DNA of 64,000 nt from Lama glama (GCA_028534125.1 CM052816.1:99140001-99204000), one strand, 5' to 3'. Shown: positions 36,391-48,737, counted from the stretch's first letter. Numbers and translations are program-made. Notes: generated from the sequence alone by a model not told the origin.

Positions 36391-37755
36391 CCTGGTGCCT
36401 GCCATCATTACTGCCACCTTTGTTACACTAAAACAATAATGAAATCACCTTTGGAACCTCGGGGAGGAGGAGAGAGATGGCTTTCTCTAAAATGAGACAA
36501 GGTCAAGATTGGGAAATGATAATTTACACTTGCTCTTTGTCTTGAAATAACAACAGGTCTCACGCCGCGTTTCACCTTCCCGAAGGCCAAGGCAGCAATT
36601 CTCTTAGCTTAATGCCTGCGGGTAAGCGCTCCCCGAGGGTTCATTCTTCTTCCCGAGTAAAGTGTGGGGCCTTTTGAGTGAAATTAATATTGCCCACTTT
36701 TCAGGGGCTGCAATGATACTTCTTCATTCTATCTCATGGGTTTCTCCAGGGTATTGATCAGAATGCCATGTTACTTGATAGCTGAAGACTCCAACGTATG
36801 CTACGTTTAAATAAGTAATTAAACAAAGAAACAAGCCCTATGCTGGGGAGGAAAATACTGAAGAAAATGCAGCTTGAGAAATAACTAACTCCTCAGTGTC
36901 AACGACAAAACAATGTTTAACCTCCGTAGATGTAAAAATGCTACATTTCAAATTGAAATAACCTTTTACCACTTTGCCTTAATTCCCCATCCCCACACTT
37001 CTATTTTTTTTAACGTTAGTTCATATTTTCATTGTTTATATTAGTCAAGTGGATTAATTTGCTTTGCGCCCCGCAGGATGGCTCCCACTTAATCCCTAGG
37101 TTGTGTAAAGTGTCTCTTGGAGGTGACAGCACACGCGTCCTTATGCACTGTAGCTAACTGCCCATTGCTGTGCCCCAAAAAGCTCTTTCCTCGCGTATCT
37201 TATTAATCACCTCCTGAAAGATGACTCCAAGTCACCTGGAAGTTTGCACTTAAATCTAGACTTCTGTTAATCAATCTCTATTTCCATTTATCCATTGCTA
37301 AGATGTAAACATTAATTATTTTCTTCCTATTCCATCAAAAGGACTTGTGTGTGCTCTTTCTGAAGATGGACTATTTGGAGAGATGTGTTTGAGCTAATCT
37401 TCAATCTATAAATAAATGACAAGAGCCTTTATTCACCCAGTGCCTAAGATTCCGTCTCTAGGCAGCCAGCAAGAGACCCCTAGAAGTCTGGCCCTCTGAG
37501 GCGGCTCATAAAAGCAACAGCTACAGCATTTTGAGGGACCAGACCCCTCCCCAAAAGAGAACTGCAGTTTGGGGCCAAAAACATCACTTCGTGGGTTTAA
37601 GGGAAGCAAACTTTTGAGGGATGTGGTGCCTCTCATTTGAACATGCTTTTCAATTTGCCTTTTTTTTTTCAAATTGTATTTGTATACATTTTTTATAAGC
37701 CTGTACAAGAGGAGAGAATTTTGGATCTCTGTTACTTGTATGTGCCTGCCTGCAT

Positions 37756-37797
37756 GTGCGCGCGCACGCTCACACACACACACACACACACGCACAC
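37756..37797. repeat. (GC)n/(CA)n alternating purine-pyrimidine tract
   Basis: gtgcgcgcgcacgctcacacacacacacacacacacgcacac directly upstream of the CpG island. Confidence 0.85.
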
Positions 37798-37989
37798 CAG
37801 GGTCCCCTGAGCTTTGCTCCGCACACTGGGTAACAAAGAGCCCAGTGGTCCTAAACGTCCCTTTCTCATTTTCCCCGTTCCGTTCTGTTTTCTTTTTCTT
37901 TTTTTAATTGTTTAACCTCAGTGGCGCACCTTTCTTCGTAAAGGGTCTGGCATGATGGGGAGGATGGGCTCTGGACCAAACACACACTA

Positions 37990-39130
37990 ACTGAAGGCAA
38001 TCGGAGCCTGGCAAGTCGGCGGGCCATCGTGAAAGCGGCCTCGTACTCATCCGGGGGGACAGCGCGCGGGCGCGGCGCTCACGGAGCCGCGCACCGCGCT
38101 ACCGCCTGTTTCGCTCGCCAGGACACAGGCCCCGCCGAGCACGGCCCGGCGCGCGCCGCCTCGGATGCGTTCAGAAGCGCCGTCATGATCCTCACTCGGT
38201 TTTGTTAACCCTCCCAGGGTGTAATTAGCACACGTTTCCAAAGACCAAGCTATTGCAATTTCCCCAGCTGCTCCGTGATGCTTAAAGCCCCTCTGCAGAG
38301 CACAAAGCCCGTCCTTCAACAGGCAGAGATGCTGTTTAAAGTGCAAATAACCTTAGAGGAGGCAACACAGTGACCGAGAAGCCTGACCGAGGCGTAATTT
38401 ACTGCCACCCCACTTCTCTGCGGCCCAGGTGTTGTGTCGGAAGATGAGCGAAGACGACCCCGAGGAGTCCACGTGAGGCTGAAACGAGTTAATAGGTGAG
38501 AAGGGCTTAGGGCAGTGCCTGGTGCCCAGCGTCCGCTGAGAGAGGAGCTGGCCAGTTCCGCCGCTTCGCAAATGGAGAAACGGCCGACTCGGGCCCAGCT
38601 CCTCCTGCTGCGAAAGCGGCGCCGCCCGCGCCGCCGGGAGAAGCGGGCCCCGAGTAGCGCTGAACTCGCCCACGGGGGAGCCCAGCGGCCGCGTCGGCCT
38701 CCTGGGCAGCGAAGCTCCGGCAGGCGGACCGGCCACGTGAGCCCGCTCGGCGCGGGGCAGCTGGTGCGGGGGGAAGGCCCGTCCGCGCTGAGGGGCTGGA
38801 GCGGCCCTACCAGCTGCTGCCCTGGGACTGGGCAGGCTTTGGGGAGCAACCTCGCTTCTTAAATGTCGTGAAAACGCCCCTGCATTTTGCTCCGTCCTTC
38901 CTCTGGGAAGCCCAACGTGAGTGAGTGTGATGATGAGTCATCCGATCACAGAAAACTGGTCAAGAAGAGGTAAGTCGCAGTCGCCAGCTGCATCCGCCCG
39001 CGGGGCTCCGGGCTTCCTTCTGCAGGGTCTCAGTTCTCGGAGGGAACGGAACTGGGCCCTCCGCCCTGAATCATCCACCGTCCTGTGCCTTAGTTTTTCA
39101 AGTCCCATTCGTTCGTAGAAACGGCCTCCC
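37990..39130. promoter_or_regulatory. CpG island (possible promoter or Polycomb-type orphan CGI)
   Basis: Very dense CpG and high GC (cagcgcgcgggcgcggcgc, cggcgcgcgccgcc, gcggcgccgcccgcgccgccggg), repeat-free, with CACGTG E-boxes. Confidence 0.85.
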
Positions 39131-40274
39131 CAAATTCACTCAGCACATTATCCACCCAAGCAAAGCAGATTGATGTGTTTGAAAAAAAAAAGCTACTTAG
39201 AAATTAAATCTCCCTTGAAATATACCACCACATAATTGAGTTTCTGTATATGTTGTTTGGAGACAGTAACAAAGAAATGTAAGACAGGACCCCCGAAGCT
39301 GGAACAGCTTGTAAAATCCGGTTAAGCCGTGTTGAAAAATACTTGAATGCCCCCATTAGAAAACACAGGCTATTTATTACTTCCCTTTCTTTAGCCCTAC
39401 GAGGCATACGCTCCCTTTTTTATATTCCTTTCTCCCCCTTTCAAAGTGCACTCATTGAACTCTTGGCAATTAGCGTAATTGAAATTTATTGACAATGTGG
39501 CCGACGTGGAGGCCCATTGTCCCCGAGCGTGTGTGGCTGTGAGCGGCTCTTGGGCAGCAACCGGCAGCCTGGGCCGCGCTCAATCACATCAATGGGCCAC
39601 CGGCTGCCAAGGGTTCCTTTGGGGGTATGAATGTTACTTAGTGATAAGAGCCTTTCGAAACAGAATCCCTGGACCCCATCTCTTGTGGGAGATGGAAATG
39701 AAATATGTATTTGGCGGCTGTGGAAAATTAATGTAATTGGCTCCCACATAAAGCCTTGACAAGTTGACCTGTTTGAAATCCAAGGAGGGCTTCTAGCCCC
39801 GTATCATATTATCTTCAACTAACCCGACCACGCGGAGTGGCCCCCACCCCAAGCCCACTGGAGGTGGAATGAAATGGAACTTGGGTACTGGTGTTGAACA
39901 ACACTTCTGGTGCACACAGTTATTATTTTGGCACGTGTAGCTTCAAGATGAAGGGGTTAGGATGATTGGATTTTCACACGCATGCATCTGTGTCGACAGC
40001 ACCCAGCTAGGGTTCTCTTTTCACGGGCGAGGGAAGGGTTGAGCTGTTTGAAGATGTACGTGCACGCATCTGTCTTTAGATCTGTTTTCTCTCTCAAATG
40101 TTCAATCTGATTCTAAACTGTAATGTGGAACTTTATTAAATTTAATTGGACTCATTTAGAGGGCAGTGCAGATTTCCAGTCTTCCCTTCTGAGAGGATGA
40201 ATGCATTTTTACTTTAATGCATAGGGATTTAGGCATGTAAAGCTAATAGGAGAGATGTATTTAAATCTCTGCCC

Positions 40275-40774
40275 NNNNNNNNNNNNNNNNNNNNNNNNNN
40301 NNNNNNNNNNNNNNNNNNNNNNNNNNNNNNNNNNNNNNNNNNNNNNNNNNNNNNNNNNNNNNNNNNNNNNNNNNNNNNNNNNNNNNNNNNNNNNNNNNNN
40401 NNNNNNNNNNNNNNNNNNNNNNNNNNNNNNNNNNNNNNNNNNNNNNNNNNNNNNNNNNNNNNNNNNNNNNNNNNNNNNNNNNNNNNNNNNNNNNNNNNNN
40501 NNNNNNNNNNNNNNNNNNNNNNNNNNNNNNNNNNNNNNNNNNNNNNNNNNNNNNNNNNNNNNNNNNNNNNNNNNNNNNNNNNNNNNNNNNNNNNNNNNNN
40601 NNNNNNNNNNNNNNNNNNNNNNNNNNNNNNNNNNNNNNNNNNNNNNNNNNNNNNNNNNNNNNNNNNNNNNNNNNNNNNNNNNNNNNNNNNNNNNNNNNNN
40701 NNNNNNNNNNNNNNNNNNNNNNNNNNNNNNNNNNNNNNNNNNNNNNNNNNNNNNNNNNNNNNNNNNNNNNNNNN
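40275..40774. other. Assembly gap (500 N)
   Basis: Run of exactly 500 N. Confidence 1.
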
Positions 40775-40949
40775 GCCTGTGGGGGTCCACACTGGCTACT
40801 AGACTCTCAGTGAGAAGGCGTCCCCCGGAAGTGGCAATGTGGCTGCAAAGGAGACGTTATTTATTCTTCCTCAGAGTCGGGGAAGGAAGAGTTGATTATT
40901 GCTTCTGTTGTGAGACGGATGATTGCCATTTAGAAAAGGACAAAATTTA

Positions 40950-41230
40950 ATCAGACTTGACTTTATTCCACAGACCTGAAAACTGAGGCTCCACTCTGGA
41001 GCAGCCACCAAGCAGGCAAAAGCAACACCCCACAAGCGGCAGCGACAGCGGACACTGGCGGGGCAGGGGCATGTGACCTCAGGAATTGCTGTATTATAGT
41101 ATGAAAAGTATCCGCTTTTCAACAGGAAAACTATGAGGCATGCAAAGACACAGAAAGTATGACCCAGTCACAAGAGAAGCAAATTAACAGAAACTCCCCG
41201 AGGAAGCCCTGCCAGACATGGCATCACCGG
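40950..41230 (+). mobile_element. Old L1 5' region fragment (just before or at the ORF1 start)
   Basis: tatccgcttttcaacaggaaaactatgaggcatgcaaagacacagaaagtatgaccca...agaaactccccgaggaagccc resembles L1M4-type 5' ends. Confidence 0.65.
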
Positions 41231-43279
41231 TCCTAGTGAGCTGGAGGACACCAGGGGCGGGGGGCTCAGTGGTCGGGGAGAGGACTTCCCCACCCGCAGG
41301 GACCCCCCTCGGAGGCCTGCAGCCCCGCCCCACCCCCGGGGGCCGAGGCTCAGCTTCTCTCCTTGACTTGCTAGAAGAGCCTGAGTTCCAGTCATGACGC
41401 GAGTATGTGCGTCCACGCTGTTACAGCGCAGACTCCTCGAGGCCTGGGGCTTCAGGACGTCGTGCTCATCCCTGGGTCATATTTATTGAGCAAGACCAGT
41501 TGTTCCTGAAAAATAAAACCACTGGAGTCGAGTTCAAACTTAGCCCATCTAAGATACTGCCTCTGTTCCTCAAAGTAAGGCTAGGAAGAGGAAAGGATGA
41601 AACCTTCTAAGACGAGGGAGTCATCCTTCCAGCCAGGGATTCAGGGGAATTCCATTGCCTTGAAACATTCCCAAAGGTAATTAAAAGGGATGAAGTTTCT
41701 AATATTCAAGAGGCATTGAAGAATCCAGTCTTTGGACAGCTACTGAGTGCCGACTTGCGTCAGCCATGGCACCCAGGATGGAGCAGATGGGGGAAAGGAC
41801 GCAGCTTCTGCCTGGGAAGTCTTCTCAATCTTTCCACGGATGAACAAAGCTGAAGTGTGCCACTTGGCTTTCACAGATTTATTGCTAAAATGATTTCAAA
41901 GCTGTGCTTTCATTTTTATAACCCCATCTCTCAAGTATAGAATTTTCACTTTGGTGTAGAGACTCAGGGATGGCCACATTAATTAAACAGTGATGAAATG
42001 AACAATTATAGAATTTAAGAAATAGAAATCATAATCATCATTATAAACTGAGCATCTACCCTGTGACGGTTGGCTTTGTGCTTTGCCAAAGTTACCTTTT
42101 TTTGGGGGTAGTCATGAGGTGAGTGTGAGATGTGTTTATAGGTAATGAATCTGAGACTCAAGATGCCTGTCACTCAAGGCCGGGCAGCCAGTCAGTAGTG
42201 AAGGGTACCTCTCAGTACCAGCTCCAGGGAGGCGGTACCATCTCAAGGACCCTGTCTTTATTCCTCCTCCTCATGGCCATGAAAGGGTTTGCCAGCAAGG
42301 ACGCAATCTGTGCAAGGTCCAGCGAGGCCACTTTGTAGTCTTTGCTGGAAGAAGTCCATGCACCGCTATCATGAGCGTTTGTCCCACACCCTACACCAAG
42401 GGGAGAAAGAGAATCCCACTAGACTGGTGTTTCCAAAGGGACCTCAAAATGTTATCCTTCCTATTATTGGGAAGTATAAATGTTTCCCTAAGAAACAGGC
42501 TGGTCTGTACCCAGGATCCTGTCCCGTGTCAGGACTGCTGTGAAGAGGAGCTGCTGGAGACACAGGTTGTGAAGGAAGTATCAGTTCCACGTGTGAAGCC
42601 CTGTGGCCATCTTTAGGTCGTCTGCACAGGCAACGGGTGAACAAACCAGGCAGCTTGTGTATGATGTATCTTAAATTTTAAGGTATTTCCTTTAATGTGT
42701 AGGAGGAAACACATGGAAGACGTATTGTATTCGCACACGTGTGTGTGTGTCTGTATCTCCAGCAGAAGCGCCGTGCCTGCTGCATGGAGCCGCTACACTA
42801 GTGTTTACTGGAAGAAGAGCAGGTCTGCCTCGTACTGTCCTTTCTCTTGCCAGTCTTTAACAGGCTTTAATACAGCAGAGTATCCGACGGGGAGACGCAC
42901 AGAAGTGCAGACGGCTACAGAGCTCCCAATTTCAGGAGACCCTCCAGGCCTATCTCCACCTACAAAATTAAGAAAAGTTCCATGATCTTTCAACACCAAA
43001 TGGAGCATAAATACACTGGTGAACACCCGGCACCCACATCTCATCACCTGGGGCTTCCTGCGCTGATTCTTTTACACACGTATTCACAGAGGCCCCTGTG
43101 TTCCGTGTTGACAAAGTGACATGACAGACTTTTCTCAGGAAATGTTTGTGTCACGGACTCAACTGTCATCCTCCATTAACCTGTAAACCCTCTGAAGGCA
43201 GGGGCTGCCTCTCACCTCTTCTTTAGTGTCTCCCCCACTTGGCATTTCTTGGCAAATCAGTGTGTGCTGGAGTCAGGTA

Positions 43280-43700
43280 CTTTATTACCTGTCATCCCAG
43301 AGCAAAATGCATGCGAAACGTATCGGTCTGAAACAACGCATTGTCTGGTCCCTGGGACTCCATGGCTCAGGGGTGTGGGTGCGGCGTGTCGTGGGGCTCT
43401 CAGTTTATCTAGGGGCTTGGGGGCTCCAGTGAAGTTGCCGGAAAAGTTTCCAGAAGGGCTGTGATCTCATCTGAAATCTCAAATGGGGAGGATCTGCCTC
43501 CCATTTTATCCCTCTGGCAGAATTTCGTTCCTGGAAGGCTGCTGGACTGAGGCCTCAGTTCCTTGCTGGCTTTTGACCAGAGACCACCCTCAGTTCCTTG
43601 TCTTGGAACCCGTCTGGAGCGCCTCAGGACATGGCAGCTGGCTTCATCGGAGTGAACAAGGGAGGGAGATGGCACCCAGGGCAGACGCCACTGTCTCCAT
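43280..43700 (-). mobile_element. MaLR LTR (MLT1D/E/F-like)
   Basis: gggctgtgatctcatctgaa...ggggaggatctgcctcc...ggcagaatttcgttcctg...ggactgaggcctcagttccttgctggct. Confidence 0.75.
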
Positions 43701-44354
43701 GACCTAACTCCTAATTAACACCAGCACCTCTGCTGTGTCCTGTCAGCCGGAGAGGGGTTCCTCGGCCCAGCCCACAGTGCAGGGTGGGGCTCACCCCGGG
43801 ACGCAGAGATCACTGCCGTCTGTCGTAAGGGCTGTCCGCCGCTCTGTTTGTGCTTGATGCTCCGCTGCCTCTGGGACTCATTTTAGGCTGCATTCACCTT
43901 CTCATTACGCAGACTCTCATCCACCTTTATCCTAGGGGAACACAGATCAAAGACAGACCTGCTGGTGGCTTGGACAGTGAGTCTTCATTCAGGAACCCCT
44001 TCGGCCTCAATCTCCGTGGCGTTTTCCTTGATGTGTGAAGTTTCACTTCAGCTATTCCTCATTTCAGATTTGATATTTCCCCCACCTGTTTGCAAGTACA
44101 TAGGAGAATATGCTTTAAAACACATCTTCCCGTCTCGCCTCATAATCTCCTAAATCTTCACTGTGTCAGCCATTAACTTTTATGGGTCAATAGTTTCTCT
44201 AGTTTCAGTGAGTTGTGGTATTTAATAGGACCACAGATTGTTAGACTGTTAGAAATACAGAATTCTATAAGATCTTTATGCAAAACTGCCCCTTTCGGCT
44301 GAAAATTTTGTAAGAAGTCATTATTTATGACACTTCCTAAAGAATTTTATTTTA

Positions 44355-44575
44355 GAGACAGCATTGCCTCATGGCTATGAGCTCAGATTCTGGAGAACTA
44401 CACAACCTCGGGTGGATGACTTGGTTGTTCCGTGCCTCAGTTTCCCTGTTTATAAAATAGGAATAATAACGGTCCCTTCCTCATTAGAGGCATTGTAGGC
44501 ATTAAATGACTTCATATTTGGAGAATGCTTAGAACAATGCCTGTCTTTTAATAAGTGCTTTATAAGTGTTTGTTA
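44355..44575 (+). mobile_element. MIR SINE
   Basis: ccgtgcctcagtttccctgtttataaaataggaataataac...gcttagaacaatgcctg...taagtgcttt. Confidence 0.85.
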
Positions 44576-45559
44576 AATGAAATAAATGGCTTTGGAGAGA
44601 GGATTTAACATTTTCTTGGCAGATATGCTTGGCATCCTTAATATTGTTGCAGACATTCTTATGAATCTTAACTAATTCTGGAATCCCCAGGAGTAACCAT
44701 TTAGAATAAATAATTTGTCCTTCCTTTGTATCTGCACTAACACTGGTCTGTGATCCCCCCAGGGAAAGGGGATGGCATCTTACCTCACCCTTTGTGTTCC
44801 GGGTTTCATCTTGTGCCTGGCACGTGGAAGGCATTCCATAAACAGTTGTTTAATTAATTTCGTATTGTTTAGGGGGTGACAATTTGTGAGGAAAAAAGGA
44901 AGGAGAGATTGTCCTTTAAATAGAGTTTGTTTTGGCCACATATGCCTGCAGTTTAAAAAGCTAGGTATCTTCCTGTTCCATTACATCACCCAGCCAATTA
45001 ATCAACACTTGAATGAATCCCAGGACAGACCCTTCATTTTGTCTACGTATTAACTTTCATTATGTGCCATAGCTAAAGTGTAATTGTGAACAGGATGGAT
45101 TATGCCGTAAACTTTTTTTCTATTACACCGCTCCTTCACAAATCCCCTTATTAAAGTGTACCCAGGGTGATATATTATGTTAAGAAGGTTTAAAACATAA
45201 GGTGACAATGACCTTCCCTTTAATTAACTATGATGGAAACAAAGGTGAGAACAATGATGATGACGCTTGGCTGAAAACCATAAATCACCCTCCACTCGGG
45301 AAGACAGGACACAGCTACAAAAATAACCTTGCGATTCGCAGGTTAAGTGAGCGCTCCCGTGCGCTGCTGCCACCATTATTTATTTACACGTAGCTCCATT
45401 GTGTCACAGGCACAAGAGGATGCTCGAGAAACCTGAAAATGAAAGCCGCTCTTGCCTGCTGGGATCACGTTTCAGCACGACTTAGCCATTTTGTTTAAAG
45501 GTATCCAATGGCCATTGAGTCTAGTAATAAGGTAAATAAAGAAAGCATTGTTTTATTAT

Positions 45560-45830
45560 TGTCATCCTTATTGAGGCATAATTTACATACAGTAAAATGC
45601 ACAGACCTTAGGTGTTCGTTCAGGTCAATGAGTTTGGACAATTGCACACTCTAGTAACCGCCACCAAGTACGATGTTTGACGGTTTCACCACCCAGAAAG
45701 TTCGCTGGTGCCCTTTCCAATCAACCCTCCTCTTCAGGGGTCCCCATTCTGACTTTCACTGGCCTAGGTGAGTTTGGCCCATTCTTGGGTATCACATGGA
45801 TTGAGTCATACAGTGTGTATTTTTGTTACC
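45560..45830 (-). mobile_element. Old L1 (L1MD/ME-like) 3' tip, antisense
   Basis: ttattgaggcataatttacatacagtaaaatgcacagacctta...atgagtttggaca...caccacccagaaagttc. Confidence 0.8.
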
Positions 45831-47296
45831 ATAAACAAGCTTTTCTTTATGTAGATTCCATCCGCTTTCACTTGTCTCTTTCTTCTCCTCTTCTTCCTCC
45901 TTCTCCTTCCCTTTTCTTTCTCCTGGAGAGTGAGTACAGCCTGGGATCCGGAGCTTGGGCTCATCTGCTGTCTCCACTTCTCCGCTCCTTCTCCCCGTGG
46001 TGCTGAGAATTGCTCGCTTGCAGGAACCGTGATCCCAGTCCTGGTCGCCTGCCCCACTGCTGCGCGTTTGGACCCCACCCAGCTTCCCAGAGGACACTGT
46101 CTGCAGAGCAACGTCACTGGAGGTCTCGTTTTGCTACCCCTTCCCCCATCCTCCCTCCCCAGGTCAGCCCCCTGTTCCTCTGCACACATAGTGACCCAAG
46201 TTGTGTCTTCACCAAGGATGCGTCTCTGGTCTGAGACTAACAGTTTCATTAACCTGTCGGGAATGAGTCTTTTGATGAAAGGTTACAATTTTCCTAAAGA
46301 CTGTTTGAGCCTGCAAGAAAAGCCAAGCTGGGGGCTTATCCCAAACAAGGTCCCTGTGAGCCTTGCTCATAATGGTAAGTCCGCCAGGAGAGAAACAAGC
46401 CCTGGGCCCTGGGTGTGGACACATGGCCCTGAGCACCATTTCCAGGTTCCACAGGCCAGGAAGCCAGAGGAGCCCCCTTCAGGGTGTCACTGACTGGCCC
46501 TGGTCGCCCCTGGTCTGCAAGGAGGCCAGGGAAGAACTGGGGGAAGAACACCGCGTTGGGAGAATGAAGGTTTTCACACAAAGTGCCTTATGTATTATTG
46601 GTGCCCTTTTACCTTCATGCCAAGTAATTGATTAGTCCTGAGCCAGCCAGGACGTTTTGCTTTAGAATCTATGCAGATTTGAGGAAGAGTCCCCTTGTTA
46701 GCAGCTCATCTGGGTTGGAGCTGCAGTGTCTGGGTCATGTGCCACGTGTCTAGGCCCTGCCAGCCCCATGGAGAGGCCCTGGGGATAGAAGCTCCTGGAC
46801 CAGACTTGCCACGTAGACCAGCCACGTGGCCCTCCTCGTGTGGGCAAAATCCCCCTTTCTGTGCCGAGACCCACCTTCACCTACTGTTCCTGTCTTCAAA
46901 TGTGTTCAGGTTCAAGGCATTTTAGTGTAATAATGGGGTGGTGGGATCATGTCATCTCCACTAAACTGGAGGTTGGCACACCCCTGCCACTCTCCATGTC
47001 TCCAGGGAAACCCGAGTCCCCGCCTCCCACAGAGGTCTGCTCTGTCTCTCCCTTCCGCCAGGCAGAGAGCTGCAGGCTAACTTGGCCTCACAGTCCATCC
47101 ACCTTCTGCCCCAGAGGCCTGTGTGGTCAGGGGCTCAGCTGGAAGCAGGGCGGTGCCACACAGGTCAGGTTGACCCCCTTCACTGCTCGTCCATTCAGGG
47201 CGCTGACATGGGGTTGCCTCCATGACACCAGCACAGCCAAGAATAAAGGAATTTCTCGAAGTCTGTAGAAGAATTAGGATTTGAAGTTAAGCTTCC

Positions 47297-47531
47297 AAGA
47301 CAGCCAAGACATAGAAGCAACCTGAATGTCCAATGATGGATGACAGATGACTGGATAAAAAGATGTAGTGTGCACATATATACACAATGGGGGAGAAGGT
47401 ATAGCTCAGTGGTACAGTGCGTGCTTAGCCTGCACAAGGTCCTGGGTTCAATCCCCAGTACCGCCTTTAACAATAAACAAACAAACAAACCTAATTACCT
47501 CCTCCAAAAAACCTAAATACACACACACACA

Positions 47532-47571
<40 letters not shown>

Positions 47572-48018
47572 GGAACACTATTCATCCATAAAAAATGATG
47601 AAATTCTGCCATTTGCAGCAACATGGTTGGACCCCGAGATTATCATATTAAGTGAAGTGAGTCAGACAAAGACAATTATCATATGACATCACTTATTTGT
47701 GGAATCAACAAAAATGATACTAATAAACTTAGTTACCACCAGAAGCAGACTCACAGACACAGAAAACAAATTTATGGTTACCAAAGGGGGAAGGGATGGG
47801 GAGGGTAAATTACGAGTTTGGGATTAATGGACACATACTACTATGTATACAATAGATAAACAAAGTCCTGCTGTACAACACAGGGAACTAAATTCAATAT
47901 CCTGTCAGTAAATCATAATGGAAAATAATACATATATATCTATACATAAATGAATCACTGTAATGTACACCAGAAACTAACACAGCATAGTAAATCAACT
48001 CTACTGCAGTTTAAAAAA
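47297..48018 (+). mobile_element. L1 3' end containing a nested SINE and (CA)n
   Basis: cagccaagacatagaagcaacctgaatgtcc...gccatttgcagcaacatgg...gactcacagacacagaaaacaaatttatggttacc...gtaaatcaactctactgcagtttaaaaaaa. Confidence 0.9.
47390..47517 (+). mobile_element. Camelid tRNA-derived SINE (Vic-1-like)
   Basis: ggggagaaggtatagctcagtggtacagtgcgtgcttagcctgcacaaggtcctgggttcaatccccagtaccgcc with A and B boxes, followed by (AAAC)n-ctaattacctcc tail. Confidence 0.9.
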
Positions 48019-48377
48019 AGAGAGAGAGAGGGAGAATGATGAAGTTCCTGGTCATCTGATGGAGCACGAAGTTATGAGGTTAGGAGACAGGGTCTGGCCA
48101 AGAGATGCTGTGGTTCTTCCAAGATGTCACAAGATGACAGCAAGGGTCACTGGGCGAGCCCTGGGCAGGGCCCTGCCTCCCTGAGGTCATGGGGCTGGAG
48201 GGTGTCATGGGGACTTCTAAGCTTGGTCTCCTTTTGTTTGGTTAAGTGTGGTTTGGTTTATTTTATTTTATTTCCCTTTGTAAGAATCTTTCAAAACGAA
48301 GCCACTGGCTTTTGAGACAGCCTATGATTCTAGAAGAGATGAACTTCAGGGGTAGTAGAGTAAAAAATATTACAGTG

Positions 48378-48737
48378 CTTATTATGGGTTGAGTGTGTTC
48401 TCCCCAGATTCACACCCAGAGACCTCAGCCCCCAGTTTGCTGGCGTTCGGATGTGGGGCCTTTGGGAGGGGACTAGCTTCAGCTGAGGCCACGACAGCGG
48501 GGCCCCGTGACGGGGCAGTGCCCTTGTATCCTGGAGCGCCCGCCAAGGAAAGGCCGTGTGAGGGCAGAGGGAGGAGGCGGCCGCCGGCAAGCCGGGAAGC
48601 GGGCCCTCACCTCCCACCAACCCTGCCGGCACCTCGATCAGGGTCTCCCCGGCTCTAGACGTGGAGAAATGCACGTCTGCTGCCGAGGCCACCTCGTCCT
48701 CAGCACTTGTTACAGCAGCCAGAGGGCACTGGGCACA
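48378..48737 (+). mobile_element. MaLR solo LTR (MLT1A-like), GC/CpG-rich
   Basis: tatgggttgagtgtgttctccccagattcac...ggggcctttgggagg...gccgtgtgagggcag...gccggcacctcgatc...ttgttacagcagcc...aca. Confidence 0.85.

Noticed and set aside
38316..38862. Overlapping ORFs of 115-177 aa in the CpG island
   Set aside because: Arg/Pro/Gly/Ala-rich on both strands with no recognisable domain, as expected from stop-codon scarcity in GC-rich DNA.
40209..40950. Long ORFs spanning N runs (also 60053-60757)
   Set aside because: Artefacts of the assembly gaps.
45806..46493. ORFs of 147-187 aa on both strands
   Set aside because: Driven by a CT-rich low-complexity tract and GC-rich sequence; no domain recognised.
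47390..47470. tRNA-Ala-like sequence (also at 32710-32787 and 49500-49565)
   Set aside because: Each has a SINE-type A-rich tail, an imperfect acceptor stem and, in two cases, a TSD. They are SINE heads, not tRNA genes.
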